NCBI GenBank assembly: GCA_964578535.1
Contig: CAZODI010000007.1
Coordinates: 18,785-82,784 of the forward strand
Reading direction: 5' to 3'
Length of the DNA stretch: 64,000 nt
From: an uncultured Syntrophaceae bacterium
Lineage (GTDB): Bacteria; Desulfobacterota; Syntrophia; Syntrophales; PHBD01
Part shown: positions 42,160-50,615 of the stretch, in pieces
How positions within the stretch are numbered: position 1 is the stretch's first letter
How the letters are laid out: every line of letters starts with the position of its first letter
Made by a program: the position numbers and the translations under genes
The notes under the pieces: generated by a model
Database searches by the model: none
The model's input: only the letters and a program-made list of their open reading frames with translations
Told to the model about the DNA's origin: nothing

Positions 42160-43509
42160 ATGGCAGAACACAAGAGACCGAAATGGGCGGACTGGGCGGA
42201 TCACATCCGGTCGCTGGACGACCCGGCGAAGAATTTCGAGAAGCCGGAGGCCCTCGACGACCTCGTGATTCTGGACCTGAGCTCCCGCAGCATGGCCGGG
42301 CCCTACTGCACGTCTCTCCTGGCGGAGCTGGGAGCGGAGACCATCCGGATCGAACCCCCCGGGGGCGACCTGGTGCGCAGCTATTCCCCCAACGGCTTCC
42401 TCCACAAGGGGACGGGAATGGCCTACCTGCAGGAGGGAAGGAACAAATACCACGTTACCCTGGACCTCGGGAAAGAAGAGGGGAGGGAGATTTTCAGGAA
42501 CCTCGTCGGGCAGGCAGACATCCTCGTGGAGACCTACCCCGCGGGCGTCATGGATGCATGGGGGCTGGGCTACGAGGAGCTGGCAAAGCTGAACCCGCGG
42601 CTCATCCAGACCTCCATCACCGGCTATGGACAGTTCGGGCCGGAGTCCGGGAGGAAGCAGTACGATTATGACAATGTGGCCCAAGCCCGCTCGGGCGTCC
42701 AGTACGCCACGGGAGAGGTGCTGCCGGAGGGCAAGACCCGGGAGGAGATGCCTTACGCCACGTCCACCAAGGCAGGACCGTGGATCGCCTGGTCCACCTC
42801 GGGCACTTTCGCTGCCCTGGGCATCCTCGCGGCGCTGTATCACCGGGAAGAAACGGGCGAGGGGCAGGCCCTCGATGTCTCCACGCCCGAGGCCTACGAA
42901 CGGCTGAACGACTACATGCTCCACTGGTACGCCGACAAGGGAGTGATCAACGAGCGCTTCGGCAATCTCGATACGTGCCTGTGGCTTTACGGCTTCTATC
43001 CCACGAAGGACGGCGGCGTCTTCCTCGGCGGGCTCCGCCTGGAGATGTGGAAAGCCTTCGTGGACATCATCGGCAAGTACGACGCCTGGGAGGCCGACAC
43101 CTGGACCACCCTGGCCCCCTTCATGAAGAAGGACTGGCAGCTCAAGTACCAGTCCATGATCAACCCTGAAACCGTGAAGTACACGAGCGAGGAGTTGACG
43201 CAGAAATCCATCGACTATGCCAAGAGCGGGCGACTGGCCCCCATCACGCCGGTGGTGGCGGAGATTGTCTCCCCCTGGAAGGCCATGCAGGACGAGGTCT
43301 GGCACGACCGCGGGGTCTTCACGCCCGTCCAGGATCCGGTCTACGGCTCCATCCTCTGCGCCCAGGCCCAGTGGAAATCCACGGAGACGCCGCCCAGGAC
43401 CAAGTGGGTCTGCAGGCCCGTGGGGTACGATAACGGTTTCGTCTACCTGAAGTACCTCGGGTACGGTCCCGTGAAGATCCGGGAGCTCGAGGAGCGGGGG
43501 GTCGTCTGA
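42160..43509 (+). CDS. family III CoA-transferase, subunit 2 (paralog of the preceding gene)
   Basis: LDDLVILDLSSRSMAGPYCTSLLAELGAETIRIEPPGGDLVRS. It starts 6 nt after the stop of the preceding gene. Confidence 0.9.
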   Translation: MAEHKRPKWADWADHIRSLDDPAKNFEKPEALDDLVILDLSSRSMAGPYCTSLLAELGAETIRIEPPGGDLVRSYSPNGFLHKGTGMAYLQEGRNKYHVTLDLGKEEGREIFRNLVGQADILVETYPAGVMDAWGLGYEELAKLNPRLIQTSITGYGQFGPESGRKQYDYDNVAQARSGVQYATGEVLPEGKTREEMPYATSTKAGPWIAWSTSGTFAALGILAALYHREETGEGQALDVSTPEAYERLNDYMLHWYADKGVINERFGNLDTCLWLYGFYPTKDGGVFLGGLRLEMWKAFVDIIGKYDAWEADTWTTLAPFMKKDWQLKYQSMINPETVKYTSEELTQKSIDYAKSGRLAPITPVVAEIVSPWKAMQDEVWHDRGVFTPVQDPVYGSILCAQAQWKSTETPPRTKWVCRPVGYDNGFVYLKYLGYGPVKIRELEERGVV

Positions 43510-43530
43510 AACTCAACAATTTCATGGACA

Positions 43531-43569
43531 ACCGGGAGAAGATCGGCTATCTTCTCCCGGTGTTTTTTG
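43531..43569 (+). terminator. rho-independent terminator
   Basis: Perfect 13-bp stem accgggagaagat/atcttctcccggt with loop cggct, followed by gTTTTTTg. It starts 22 nt after the CoA-transferase stop. Confidence 0.8.
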
Positions 43570-43610
43570 TAGGGGAAGAAATCTGCCGGATGAAAGGAGC
43601 GGGTACGATC

Positions 43611-43952
43611 ATGAAGCGCATCGCCTGTTTTTGCCTGCTGGCCGCGCTGTTGCTGGCCGCGGGGTGTGCTGCGAAGACGGACTACTACTCGGATTTGAAG
43701 GACCAGCGCGACGCCGGAGCCCTGTCAAGCCACCGGGACGGTCTGGCGCTCATGGGAACGCAGGAGCATCGGAAGGCCATCGTGGAGATGAAAAAGGCCA
43801 TCCTTGCCGACCCGAACGTTGCGGAGGCCTATCTGAGCTTGAGCCGCTCCCACTTCGCCGTCGGCGATTACGAAATGTGCCTCTACTACCATATGAAGTA
43901 CAAAGAGCAGCTGTACCTCCGGGACCGGGTCCAGGACTTCCCGGTCTATTGA
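43611..43952 (+). CDS. small lipoprotein with a TPR-like helical repeat
   Basis: MKRIACFCLLAALLLAAGC lipobox, and an AEAYLSLSRSHFAVGDYEMCLYYHMKY TPR-like motif. ATG 43590 is an alternative start. The longer ORF from 43524 is excluded because it runs through the terminator. Confidence 0.65.
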   Translation: MKRIACFCLLAALLLAAGCAAKTDYYSDLKDQRDAGALSSHRDGLALMGTQEHRKAIVEMKKAILADPNVAEAYLSLSRSHFAVGDYEMCLYYHMKYKEQLYLRDRVQDFPVY

Positions 43953-43962
43953 TGGCGCGATC

Positions 43963-44901
43963 ATGAGTCATATTCTGGATTCGAATCGCCGGGCGGACCT
44001 CGTCGGCCGCTTCCTGGTGCTTTTCTTCGTCTGCCTCCTGTTCTGGTCCTGTGCTCCGAAGGTTGTTCCGCCCACCGTTATGAAGCCCGCGCGGATCGCC
44101 GTCGTGCTCGGCGCCGGGGCATCCAAGGGCTTCGCCCACGTCGGGGTTCTCAAGGTCCTGGAGATGAACCGTGTTCCCGTACACATGATCGTGGGCACCA
44201 GCGTCGGCAGTTTTGTCGGCAGCCTCTACGCCTACGGCTTTGATGCCTTCACCCTGCAGAAGATGGCCCTGGTGCTGGAGCGGGACGACCTCGTGGATCT
44301 GGTCCTGCCCAACAACGGCTTCGTCGAGGGCAAAAAGCTCGAAAACTGGGTCAACCGGACGGTCCGGAACACCCCCATCGAGCAGATGCGCATTCCCTTC
44401 CACGCCGTGACAACCAATATCCAGACGGGGGAGGAGGTTGTCTTCGGGACGGGCAACGCGGGCATGGCCGTCCGGGCGAGCTGTTCCATCCCGGGAATCT
44501 TCCGGCCTGCCCGGATCGCCGGGCAGACCTACGTGGACGGCGGCACCGTGAACCCCGTGGCCGTCGACGTGGCGCGGCGGTACGGCGCCGACGTGGTCAT
44601 CGCCGTGGACATCTCCGGCGGCGTGGACCGGACCGTCCCCGAGAGCACCCTGGAGACGATCCTCAAGTCCGTGGACATCATGTACTACCGGATCGCCCAG
44701 GCCCAGGTGCAAAGGGCGGACGTCCTGATCCGCCCCAATGTGGCCGGCATCGGCTCCGCCGATTTCACGAAGCGCCACCAGGCCATCCTGGAAGGCGAGC
44801 GCGCCGCCCAGGCGGCCATGCCACAGATTCAGGCCGTCCTGTCGAAACTCCAGTCGGAGGGGCGGCTGACGCCGCCGGGGGTGGCGGCTCCGGCGAAGTA
44901 G
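43963..44901 (+). CDS. patatin-like phospholipase with N-terminal membrane anchor
   Basis: GAGASKG (oxyanion), GTSVG (nucleophile) and DGG (catalytic Asp), plus an N-terminal hydrophobic segment. Confidence 0.9.
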   Translation: MSHILDSNRRADLVGRFLVLFFVCLLFWSCAPKVVPPTVMKPARIAVVLGAGASKGFAHVGVLKVLEMNRVPVHMIVGTSVGSFVGSLYAYGFDAFTLQKMALVLERDDLVDLVLPNNGFVEGKKLENWVNRTVRNTPIEQMRIPFHAVTTNIQTGEEVVFGTGNAGMAVRASCSIPGIFRPARIAGQTYVDGGTVNPVAVDVARRYGADVVIAVDISGGVDRTVPESTLETILKSVDIMYYRIAQAQVQRADVLIRPNVAGIGSADFTKRHQAILEGERAAQAAMPQIQAVLSKLQSEGRLTPPGVAAPAK

Positions 44902-44966
44902 CGTTTCCGCATCGTCCGTAAACCATCCGGGATTCACCGGGCGTTTTCATGCATGGGGAGGACGCA

Positions 44967-45758
44967 ATGGACAGCCAGCAACGGAGCGAAACGGCGGAGG
45001 CCATCCGGAACACCCTGCGGCTCAGGACGTTTCCGGTGGCGGTCAAATTCCTGAAAGACACGAAGGATTTTCCCGAGAAGACGCGCCGGCCCGCCACGGG
45101 GATGGGCAAGCGGGTGGCAATCTGCCAGGCCGTCACGATGGCCCGCCTCTACGGCTGGACCGTCGGCCTGGCAAAAGAGGACCTGGTCTGCGTCCCCGCG
45201 GCCATCGCCTTCGGATTCAGCAATGCGGAGGACTCCGCGTCCGCCCTGGCCCGGCTCTTCTGCGGCGGCAGCTATTCCCGGAGCGAGGAGGTGGGCCGCG
45301 CGGAGGCCGAGACCATCGTCCGTCTCGGGAAAGGCGAGTATGGGGCGGTCCTGCTGGCCCCCCTGCATCGGGCGACCTTCGAGCCGGACACGGTGGCCTT
45401 TTACGGCAATCCGGCACAGCTCATGCGGCTCGTCCACGCCTGGACCTACCGGACCGGGAAGCGGGTTGCCGGCCACTTCGGGGGGAAGGTCGAGTGCACG
45501 GAATACCTGCTGGCGCCTTTCCGGACGAAGGAGGCCCGCATCGCCGTTCCGGGCACGGGGGACCGCGTGTTCTCGCTGACGCAGGACGACGAGATGGTCT
45601 TTTCGATCCCGGGAGCGGCGCTTGCAGACCTGGCGGCGGACCTCCGGGAGGCCGGGAAAAAGGTGGGTGCCACATATCCCGTTCCCGTGTTCCTGAACTT
45701 CCAGCCGGAGTTTCCACCGCTGTTTAAGGAACTGGGGAAGGAACTTGGGATATTCTAA
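44967..45758 (+). CDS. DUF169 family protein
   Basis: ATG 44967, 5 nt after GGGGAGGA. LRLRTFPVAVKFL...RVAICQAV... is typical of DUF169 (from memory). Confidence 0.75.
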   Translation: MDSQQRSETAEAIRNTLRLRTFPVAVKFLKDTKDFPEKTRRPATGMGKRVAICQAVTMARLYGWTVGLAKEDLVCVPAAIAFGFSNAEDSASALARLFCGGSYSRSEEVGRAEAETIVRLGKGEYGAVLLAPLHRATFEPDTVAFYGNPAQLMRLVHAWTYRTGKRVAGHFGGKVECTEYLLAPFRTKEARIAVPGTGDRVFSLTQDDEMVFSIPGAALADLAADLREAGKKVGATYPVPVFLNFQPEFPPLFKELGKELGIF

Positions 45759-45780
45759 GCGGCTTTCGGACCGTCTGCTG

Positions 45781-45873
45781 CGTTCCCCTCGTCCCGAACT
45801 GCTCGACCTACGAACAAGTGCACCTCGCGGCCCGGGACATCGGGCGCCTTGCATCCGGCCCTTTTGAACAGCC
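45781..45873. repeat. dispersed intergenic repeat family, copy B (motif 3 + motif 2)
   Basis: Aligns by eye over ~95 nt with 58455-58550 at roughly 70% identity, including gccttgcatccggcccttttgaacagcc (45846-45873). Confidence 0.55.
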
Positions 45874-45898
45874 TTGGAAGGAATGAAAAACGGCTGTT

Positions 45899-45932
45899 GA
45901 AAAAAGGGGGACCGATCTGAAATCGATCCCCC
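45899..45932 (-). terminator. terminator-like hairpin downstream of the cyclase gene
   Basis: Stem gggggaccgat/atcgatccccc (one mismatch) at 45906-45932. On the minus strand it is followed by T6 (complement of 45900-45905). Confidence 0.5.
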
Positions 45933-45959
45933 TTCCTGCTTTCTACGGCCTGTCGCCGG

Positions 45960-46586
45960 TCACTCGTAGATGACCCGGTATGCCTTCTCCGCACCCGGAG
46001 GAACCTCGTCGATCTGCTCGAACCCCAGTTCCTTCATGTCCCTCGCGTTGTTGCAGACCGCCTGCGTCACCAGGATCTCCCAGGCCTTGGCGGTGTCTTC
46101 CCCGAGCTTGCTGGCGGCATTCACCTCCGCACCGAAGACGTCGGCGTCGCCGATCCGGAGAATCCGCCCGTATCCCAGTCCGATGCAGAGGAGAATCCGC
46201 TCCTCTTCGGGACGGTTCCCGTTGTACTTCCGGAGTGTGTGCTGCATCTCGATGGAGCACTCCAGGGCCTTCGGGACGTTTCGGAAGATCACCATGAAAC
46301 TGTCCCCCTCCACCTTCAAGAGGATGCCGTCGTGATCCTCGATGATCGGGATCAGGATGCGCTGGGACTCGAAGATCGTCTGCAGGAAATGGATAATGCC
46401 GAATTGGGCGACGTTGCGGGAGAAGCCCGACAGGTCGGTGAACATGACACACCAGGTCTCGCCGAACAGATCCCAGATGCGGCTGTCGATTTTCTCCTTG
46501 TCCGCCCCGGGACTCAGCCGCTCCTCGATGAGCCTCTCCAGCCGGTCCTCCGACGCACTGAGGTAAATGGATTTCTTGTATGACAT
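45960..46586 (-). CDS. stand-alone class III nucleotidyl (adenylate/guanylate) cyclase domain protein, 208 aa
   Basis: Metal-binding Asp motifs MFTDLSGFS and KVEGDSFMV, plus GAEVNAASKLGE. SD GAGGGAGG. Confidence 0.85.
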   Translation of the reverse strand: MSYKKSIYLSASEDRLERLIEERLSPGADKEKIDSRIWDLFGETWCVMFTDLSGFSRNVAQFGIIHFLQTIFESQRILIPIIEDHDGILLKVEGDSFMVIFRNVPKALECSIEMQHTLRKYNGNRPEEERILLCIGLGYGRILRIGDADVFGAEVNAASKLGEDTAKAWEILVTQAVCNNARDMKELGFEQIDEVPPGAEKAYRVIYE

Positions 46587-46691
46587 GGCGCACCTCCCTC
46601 TTATGAACGCTGGATGTCCGGGGGACTGGGTACTCCGGACGGCGGGATCGTCAGCCGGGCTGAACCGGAACGATCGGCCGTCCGATCGTTT

Positions 46692-47666
46692 TCATCGTCT
46701 CCTCTTCTTGCGGGGATGCCGGTTCTGTTTGGCCGGTTCGCCGGCCAGAAGCGCCGGCAATGCGGTCTTGAAGCGGTCCGCCTTGCCGCGCGGAACATTC
46801 AGGCTGTGATGACCCGCGGGGAGGGAATGCCCCCGGATCTCCGGGTTCAACTCCCGGATGACCTTGTAGGTCGTGTCGCAGGCCTTGGCCAGCAGGGTCA
46901 CGGGAACCTCGCGAGGGCTGTCGAACTCCACCCGGTCGAAGACCAGGGGCGGATAGAGGAGCCCGGGGGGGATCCGGTATCCGAAGAACTGCGGATTGGT
47001 CAGGATGATCTTGGCGGCGAGGATGCGGAAGATGTACTGTTCCGTCTCGATGGGCAGGTTCAGGTCGAAATAGTTCTTCTGCCCCTGGATATCCATGGCG
47101 CTCTGGATTCTCTGCTCACCGGCGTTGTAGGCGGCGGCGGCGAGGGTCCAGGATCCGAATTTCCGGTGCAGGATCTCGAAGTAACGCAATGCGGCGTCGG
47201 TGGAGCGCTCAAAGCTGAGCCGGTCGTCGAACGAGGTGTTGACCCGGAGGCCATTGCGTTTGGCCGTGGATTCGATGAACTGCCAGGGGCCCACGGCTTT
47301 CGCCGTCGAGTAGGCGTAGGTGCGCAGCGAGCTCTCCGCCACGGCGACATACTTCAGGTCATCCGGGAGACCCCGCTCGTGGAGCTTCTTTTCCAGGTAC
47401 GGGAAATATCGGGCGGCGCGCTTGAGCAGCAGGATGACCCGCTCGTGGTTGTAGGCGGTGACGATGAGCGATTCATCCAGGAGCTCCCGCAGGTCCTGCC
47501 GCTCCAGGGGAACGGTCTCGCCGAAGAGGACCGCCTGGGAAGGGACGTCGAAAACGGGAATGCAAGGGGCCGTTCCGTCCCGGGCCGGTACCGCAGCCGG
47601 TGCCAGAAGGATGGTGATTGCCAGGAGCAGGATCGGGAACAGACGGTGCCGGCGGCGTTTCATCAT
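46692..47666 (-). CDS. lytic transglycosylase (SLT domain, MltD-like)
   Basis: Signal peptide, then VAESSL...AVGPWQFIESTAKRNGL...AAAYNAGE, the catalytic-Glu SLT pattern. Confidence 0.85.
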   Translation of the reverse strand: MMKRRRHRLFPILLLAITILLAPAAVPARDGTAPCIPVFDVPSQAVLFGETVPLERQDLRELLDESLIVTAYNHERVILLLKRAARYFPYLEKKLHERGLPDDLKYVAVAESSLRTYAYSTAKAVGPWQFIESTAKRNGLRVNTSFDDRLSFERSTDAALRYFEILHRKFGSWTLAAAAYNAGEQRIQSAMDIQGQKNYFDLNLPIETEQYIFRILAAKIILTNPQFFGYRIPPGLLYPPLVFDRVEFDSPREVPVTLLAKACDTTYKVIRELNPEIRGHSLPAGHHSLNVPRGKADRFKTALPALLAGEPAKQNRHPRKKRRR

Positions 47667-47682
47667 GAATCGCTCCTCCCCG

Positions 47683-48258
47683 TCAGCCGTTGATTTTCTT
47701 CAGAAGCCAGGCCATGTTCCGGCCCAGGTCTTTCATCGTCTGAACCCCTTCCTTGTCGTTCAGGACCTCGCCGGGATCCCGGCCGATCCCGAGGCTCCAG
47801 TAGCTCGACCCGGGCATGACCGTCTGCATGTAATGGAGAAACAGGTTCATGGAATTGAAGGCGGGGACGGCGCCGGCGCGGCGGACGGCCACCACGGAGG
47901 CGGCGACCTTGCGCTTGAACATGTAGTCGTTGGCCCGGCCGACGAATCCGCAGCGCTCGATGAAGGCCCGCATGCCCGCCGACACGTCGGAGAAATAGGT
48001 CGGGGAGCCGAGGAGAATGCCCTCCGCGTCCAGCATCTTCCCGATCACCTCATTGACCATGTCCTTGTCGACGGAGCAGCGCCGATCCTTGTTCTTGAAG
48101 CACTTGTAGCAGGCGAGGCAGCCCTGGGGGGCCCGGCCGGCCATCTGGATCAGCTCCGTTCCGATTCCCTCGACCTTCAACTCGTCCAGGACCAGGTTCA
48201 GGAGGATGGCGGTGTTTCCGTCCTTGCGGGCGCTTCCGTTCAGCGCGACGACCTTCAT
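47683..48258 (-). CDS. iron-sulfur flavoprotein (Isf-like NADPH-dependent FMN reductase fold)
   Basis: MKVVALNGSARKDGNT flavodoxin-like start and a compact CLACYKCFKNKDRRC cluster motif (C-x2-C-x2-C-x7-C). Its ATG overlaps the stop of the upstream MBL gene. Confidence 0.85.
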   Translation of the reverse strand: MKVVALNGSARKDGNTAILLNLVLDELKVEGIGTELIQMAGRAPQGCLACYKCFKNKDRRCSVDKDMVNEVIGKMLDAEGILLGSPTYFSDVSAGMRAFIERCGFVGRANDYMFKRKVAASVVAVRRAGAVPAFNSMNLFLHYMQTVMPGSSYWSLGIGRDPGEVLNDKEGVQTMKDLGRNMAWLLKKING

Positions 48259-49160
48259 GATGATTCTCCTTTCGTGGATTCACGGCTCCGGCGGAGCAGG
48301 AGCCGGCAGCAGCCGACGATGTTCTCTTCCGGATACAGGGTCAGCTCGTCCCGATAGCTCGCGGCGTAGAGATCGCGGAGGATTTCCTCGTCCGGCCGGG
48401 AGTCGCCGAGGATCCGCTCCCGGATCTCCCGGGCGTCCCGGCGGGCCTCCGCGATGGCCCGGGACACCTCTTCGCCGCCCGAGAAGGTCCCCTGGTGGGG
48501 AAGGCCGATGAACCGGGGTTTCAGGGCCTCGAAGCGGTCGATGGTTTTCATGTAATCGGTGTAGCCGGTGAAGAAGATGGGGAAGAATCCCTGGTCTGGA
48601 AGCAGGTAGCCTAAGCTGTCGGAGACGAGAAGGACGCCGGTCTCCGGGATGTGGACGGCCAGGTTGCCCGGGGAGTGTCCCGGGGCGGCCAGGAAAACCA
48701 GGGTCTGCCCTCCCAGGTCGATCGATTCGCCGTCGCTCACGACCCGGCAGCCTTCCAGGGATGGCGGCTCCGCGAGGGGCGGGCGGTCTGTCCGCAGGCC
48801 CTTGCCGGCGAGGAATCGGGTGATGAAGCGGTCGTCTGACACGAGCGAAGCGCCCGTGCGGGGATGGGCCAGGAACTCCGGAGCCCCCTCCCCGGCGATG
48901 ACGGTCGCACCGGGAAAGGCGTCCCGCAGGGCTGGAAGGCCGTTGATGTGGTCCGCGTGGGGGTGGCTGACGACGAGATAATCGGGACGGACCCCGAGGG
49001 AGGAAAGCTGGCCGATGACGAGGTCGGCCGTGGCGGATACGCCGGCCTCCACCAGGGCGGACCGGTCCGTTCCTTCGATCAGGTAATGATGGAAATAATC
49101 GTGTCCCAGGACGATCAGACCTTCGGCGAGGCGAAGCGGATACTGCCGGTTTCCCTCCAT
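48255..49160 (-). CDS. MBL-fold metallo-hydrolase
   Basis: HPHADH motif and a later GHSPG. The start is uncertain: ATG 49160 is used here, and GTG 49220 is possible. Confidence 0.8.
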   Translation of the reverse strand: MEGNRQYPLRLAEGLIVLGHDYFHHYLIEGTDRSALVEAGVSATADLVIGQLSSLGVRPDYLVVSHPHADHINGLPALRDAFPGATVIAGEGAPEFLAHPRTGASLVSDDRFITRFLAGKGLRTDRPPLAEPPSLEGCRVVSDGESIDLGGQTLVFLAAPGHSPGNLAVHIPETGVLLVSDSLGYLLPDQGFFPIFFTGYTDYMKTIDRFEALKPRFIGLPHQGTFSGGEEVSRAIAEARRDAREIRERILGDSRPDEEILRDLYAASYRDELTLYPEENIVGCCRLLLRRSRESTKGESS

Positions 49161-49419
49161 GGGCCAGGCGTGTCCTCCGGATTCGTTGATGCGGCGCGGG
49201 GTTCCCGAAGACCTTGCCACAACCGCCCGGGAAAAGCAACCCGCTGACCGCCGCCCGTCGACGATCCGATCCCCCGCTTCGGCATATTATTTTGGAGGCA
49301 ACGGGCGCCTCCGAACATGGGTCGGATCAGTTTTCCATGCTGCACGGCAAAGAATCCGGCTGAATTTTCAGGGCGCCTGCCGCCTCTCGCTTCCGGGGGG
49401 AGACCCTGCAACCTGGCGA

Positions 49420-49448
49420 TTGACAAGCCGTGCCGCTGCGGATAGATA
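49420..49448 (+). promoter_or_regulatory. candidate sigma70-type promoter
   Basis: TTGACA (49420-49425), a 17-nt spacer, then TAGATA (49443-49448), 35 nt upstream of ATG 49483. Confidence 0.4.
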
Positions 49449-49482
49449 AAGGCCGTTCGAAAATCGGGGGAGGTGGAACGTC

Positions 49483-50118
49483 ATGGGAAGGAAATCGCTG
49501 CTCGTCCTGTCGGGGCTGATCCTGATTCTCGTCACCGGCTGCGCCCCGCCGGTGATCCACAAGATCAACGCCTCGCGGGAATTTGACGCGGCCCGCATTC
49601 AGCGCATCGCCATCCTGAACTTCGACCGCGGATCGGGAACAAACCTGTCGCGGGAAGTCCTGGTCGACAAGTTCACCGCCGCCCTCGTGGACTCCAAGTT
49701 CCGGATCGTGGATCGGACGGACACGAGGAAGATCATGGAAGAGGCCAAGTTCCAGCAGGCCGGCGGGGCGATGATCGATGAAACGACCCGGGAAAAGCTG
49801 CGCCAGCTCGGCGCCGACACGATCCTGACGGGAACCCTCCACACCTACCAGGAAGAGCGGAAGGGGAACTTCGTCCTCTACTCCGAAGTCCACCTCACCG
49901 CCAAACTCCTCAAGGTGGAGACGGGCCAGGTGCTCTGGTCCGGCGAGATCATGAAGCGGTCCAAGGCGAAGAACCTGGGAGAGAAGAAGCTCCTGAGCAT
50001 GATCGATCGCGAGTCCGAGGCCGATTCGGCGGGAAAGCTCCTGGACGACATCATCTCCGACATGGCCGATTCCTTCAAGGAAAAGAAGCCTTTCCTGGAA
50101 AAGATCAAGGTCTGGTGA
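49483..50118 (+). CDS. lipoprotein, LpoB/CsgG-like periplasmic domain
   Basis: Lipobox LVTGC. RIAILNFDRGSG...LVDSKFRIVDRTDTRKIMEEAKFQQAG...GADTILTGTL... matches the pattern of this fold. Confidence 0.8.
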   Translation: MGRKSLLVLSGLILILVTGCAPPVIHKINASREFDAARIQRIAILNFDRGSGTNLSREVLVDKFTAALVDSKFRIVDRTDTRKIMEEAKFQQAGGAMIDETTREKLRQLGADTILTGTLHTYQEERKGNFVLYSEVHLTAKLLKVETGQVLWSGEIMKRSKAKNLGEKKLLSMIDRESEADSAGKLLDDIISDMADSFKEKKPFLEKIKVW

Positions 50119-50126
50119 TCCAACCC

Positions 50127-50582
50127 ATGCCCCGAATCCTGATTGTCTATTCCTCCCAGACGGGCAACACGGAGCGGATGGCCCGTGCCGTGGCTGAGGG
50201 CGTGAGCCAGATCGAGGGCTCCGTTGCGGTCCTGAAACGGGCCGGCGAGGCGACCCTGGACGATCTTCTGGCCGCGGACGGCCTGGCCGTCGGGACACCC
50301 GAGAACTTCGGCTACATGGCCGGGGCCGTGAAGGACTTCTTCGACCGGACCTTCTATCCCTCCCAGGACAAGGTGTTCCGGAAACCCTACGGGATCTTCA
50401 TCAGTGCCGGAAACGACGGAACGGGAGCCCTGGCGGCGGTCGAACGGATCGCCCTGGGGTACAAGTTCAAGCGGGTCTTCGAGCCGGTCATCTCCCGGGG
50501 CTCCCTGAAAGAGGAGATCCTGGAGCAGTGCCGGGAGCTGGGAGGGGTCCTGGCCGGCGGGTGCGAGGCGGGGATTTTCTGA
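50127..50582 (+). CDS. flavodoxin-like protein
   Basis: MPRILIVYSSQTGNTE FMN-binding start. GTG 50115, which overlaps the upstream stop, is an alternative start. Confidence 0.8.
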   Translation: MPRILIVYSSQTGNTERMARAVAEGVSQIEGSVAVLKRAGEATLDDLLAADGLAVGTPENFGYMAGAVKDFFDRTFYPSQDKVFRKPYGIFISAGNDGTGALAAVERIALGYKFKRVFEPVISRGSLKEEILEQCRELGGVLAGGCEAGIF

Positions 50583-50615
50583 CGGATCCGTCGGGCTTGT
50601 CCGCAAGCCCGGCTG

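Noticed and set aside
41128-43305. 725-aa minus-strand ORF opposite the two CoA-transferase genes. Similar long antisense ORFs occur at 31870-33693, 53378-55150 and 56871-58694.
   Set aside because: All lie opposite genes with strong family signatures (CoA-transferases, TpsA, miaB/BFN nuclease, hslU). All have Arg/Pro/Gly-rich junk-like translations and lack SD-start contexts.
45960-46586. Possible Pycsar-type antiphage module (a small class III cyclase as PycC)
   Set aside because: Pycsar operons place a cNMP-binding effector (TM or TIR) immediately next to the cyclase. Here the neighbours are a lytic transglycosylase and a convergent DUF169 gene. The only cNMP-binding protein (26371-27909) is 18 kb away on the other strand.
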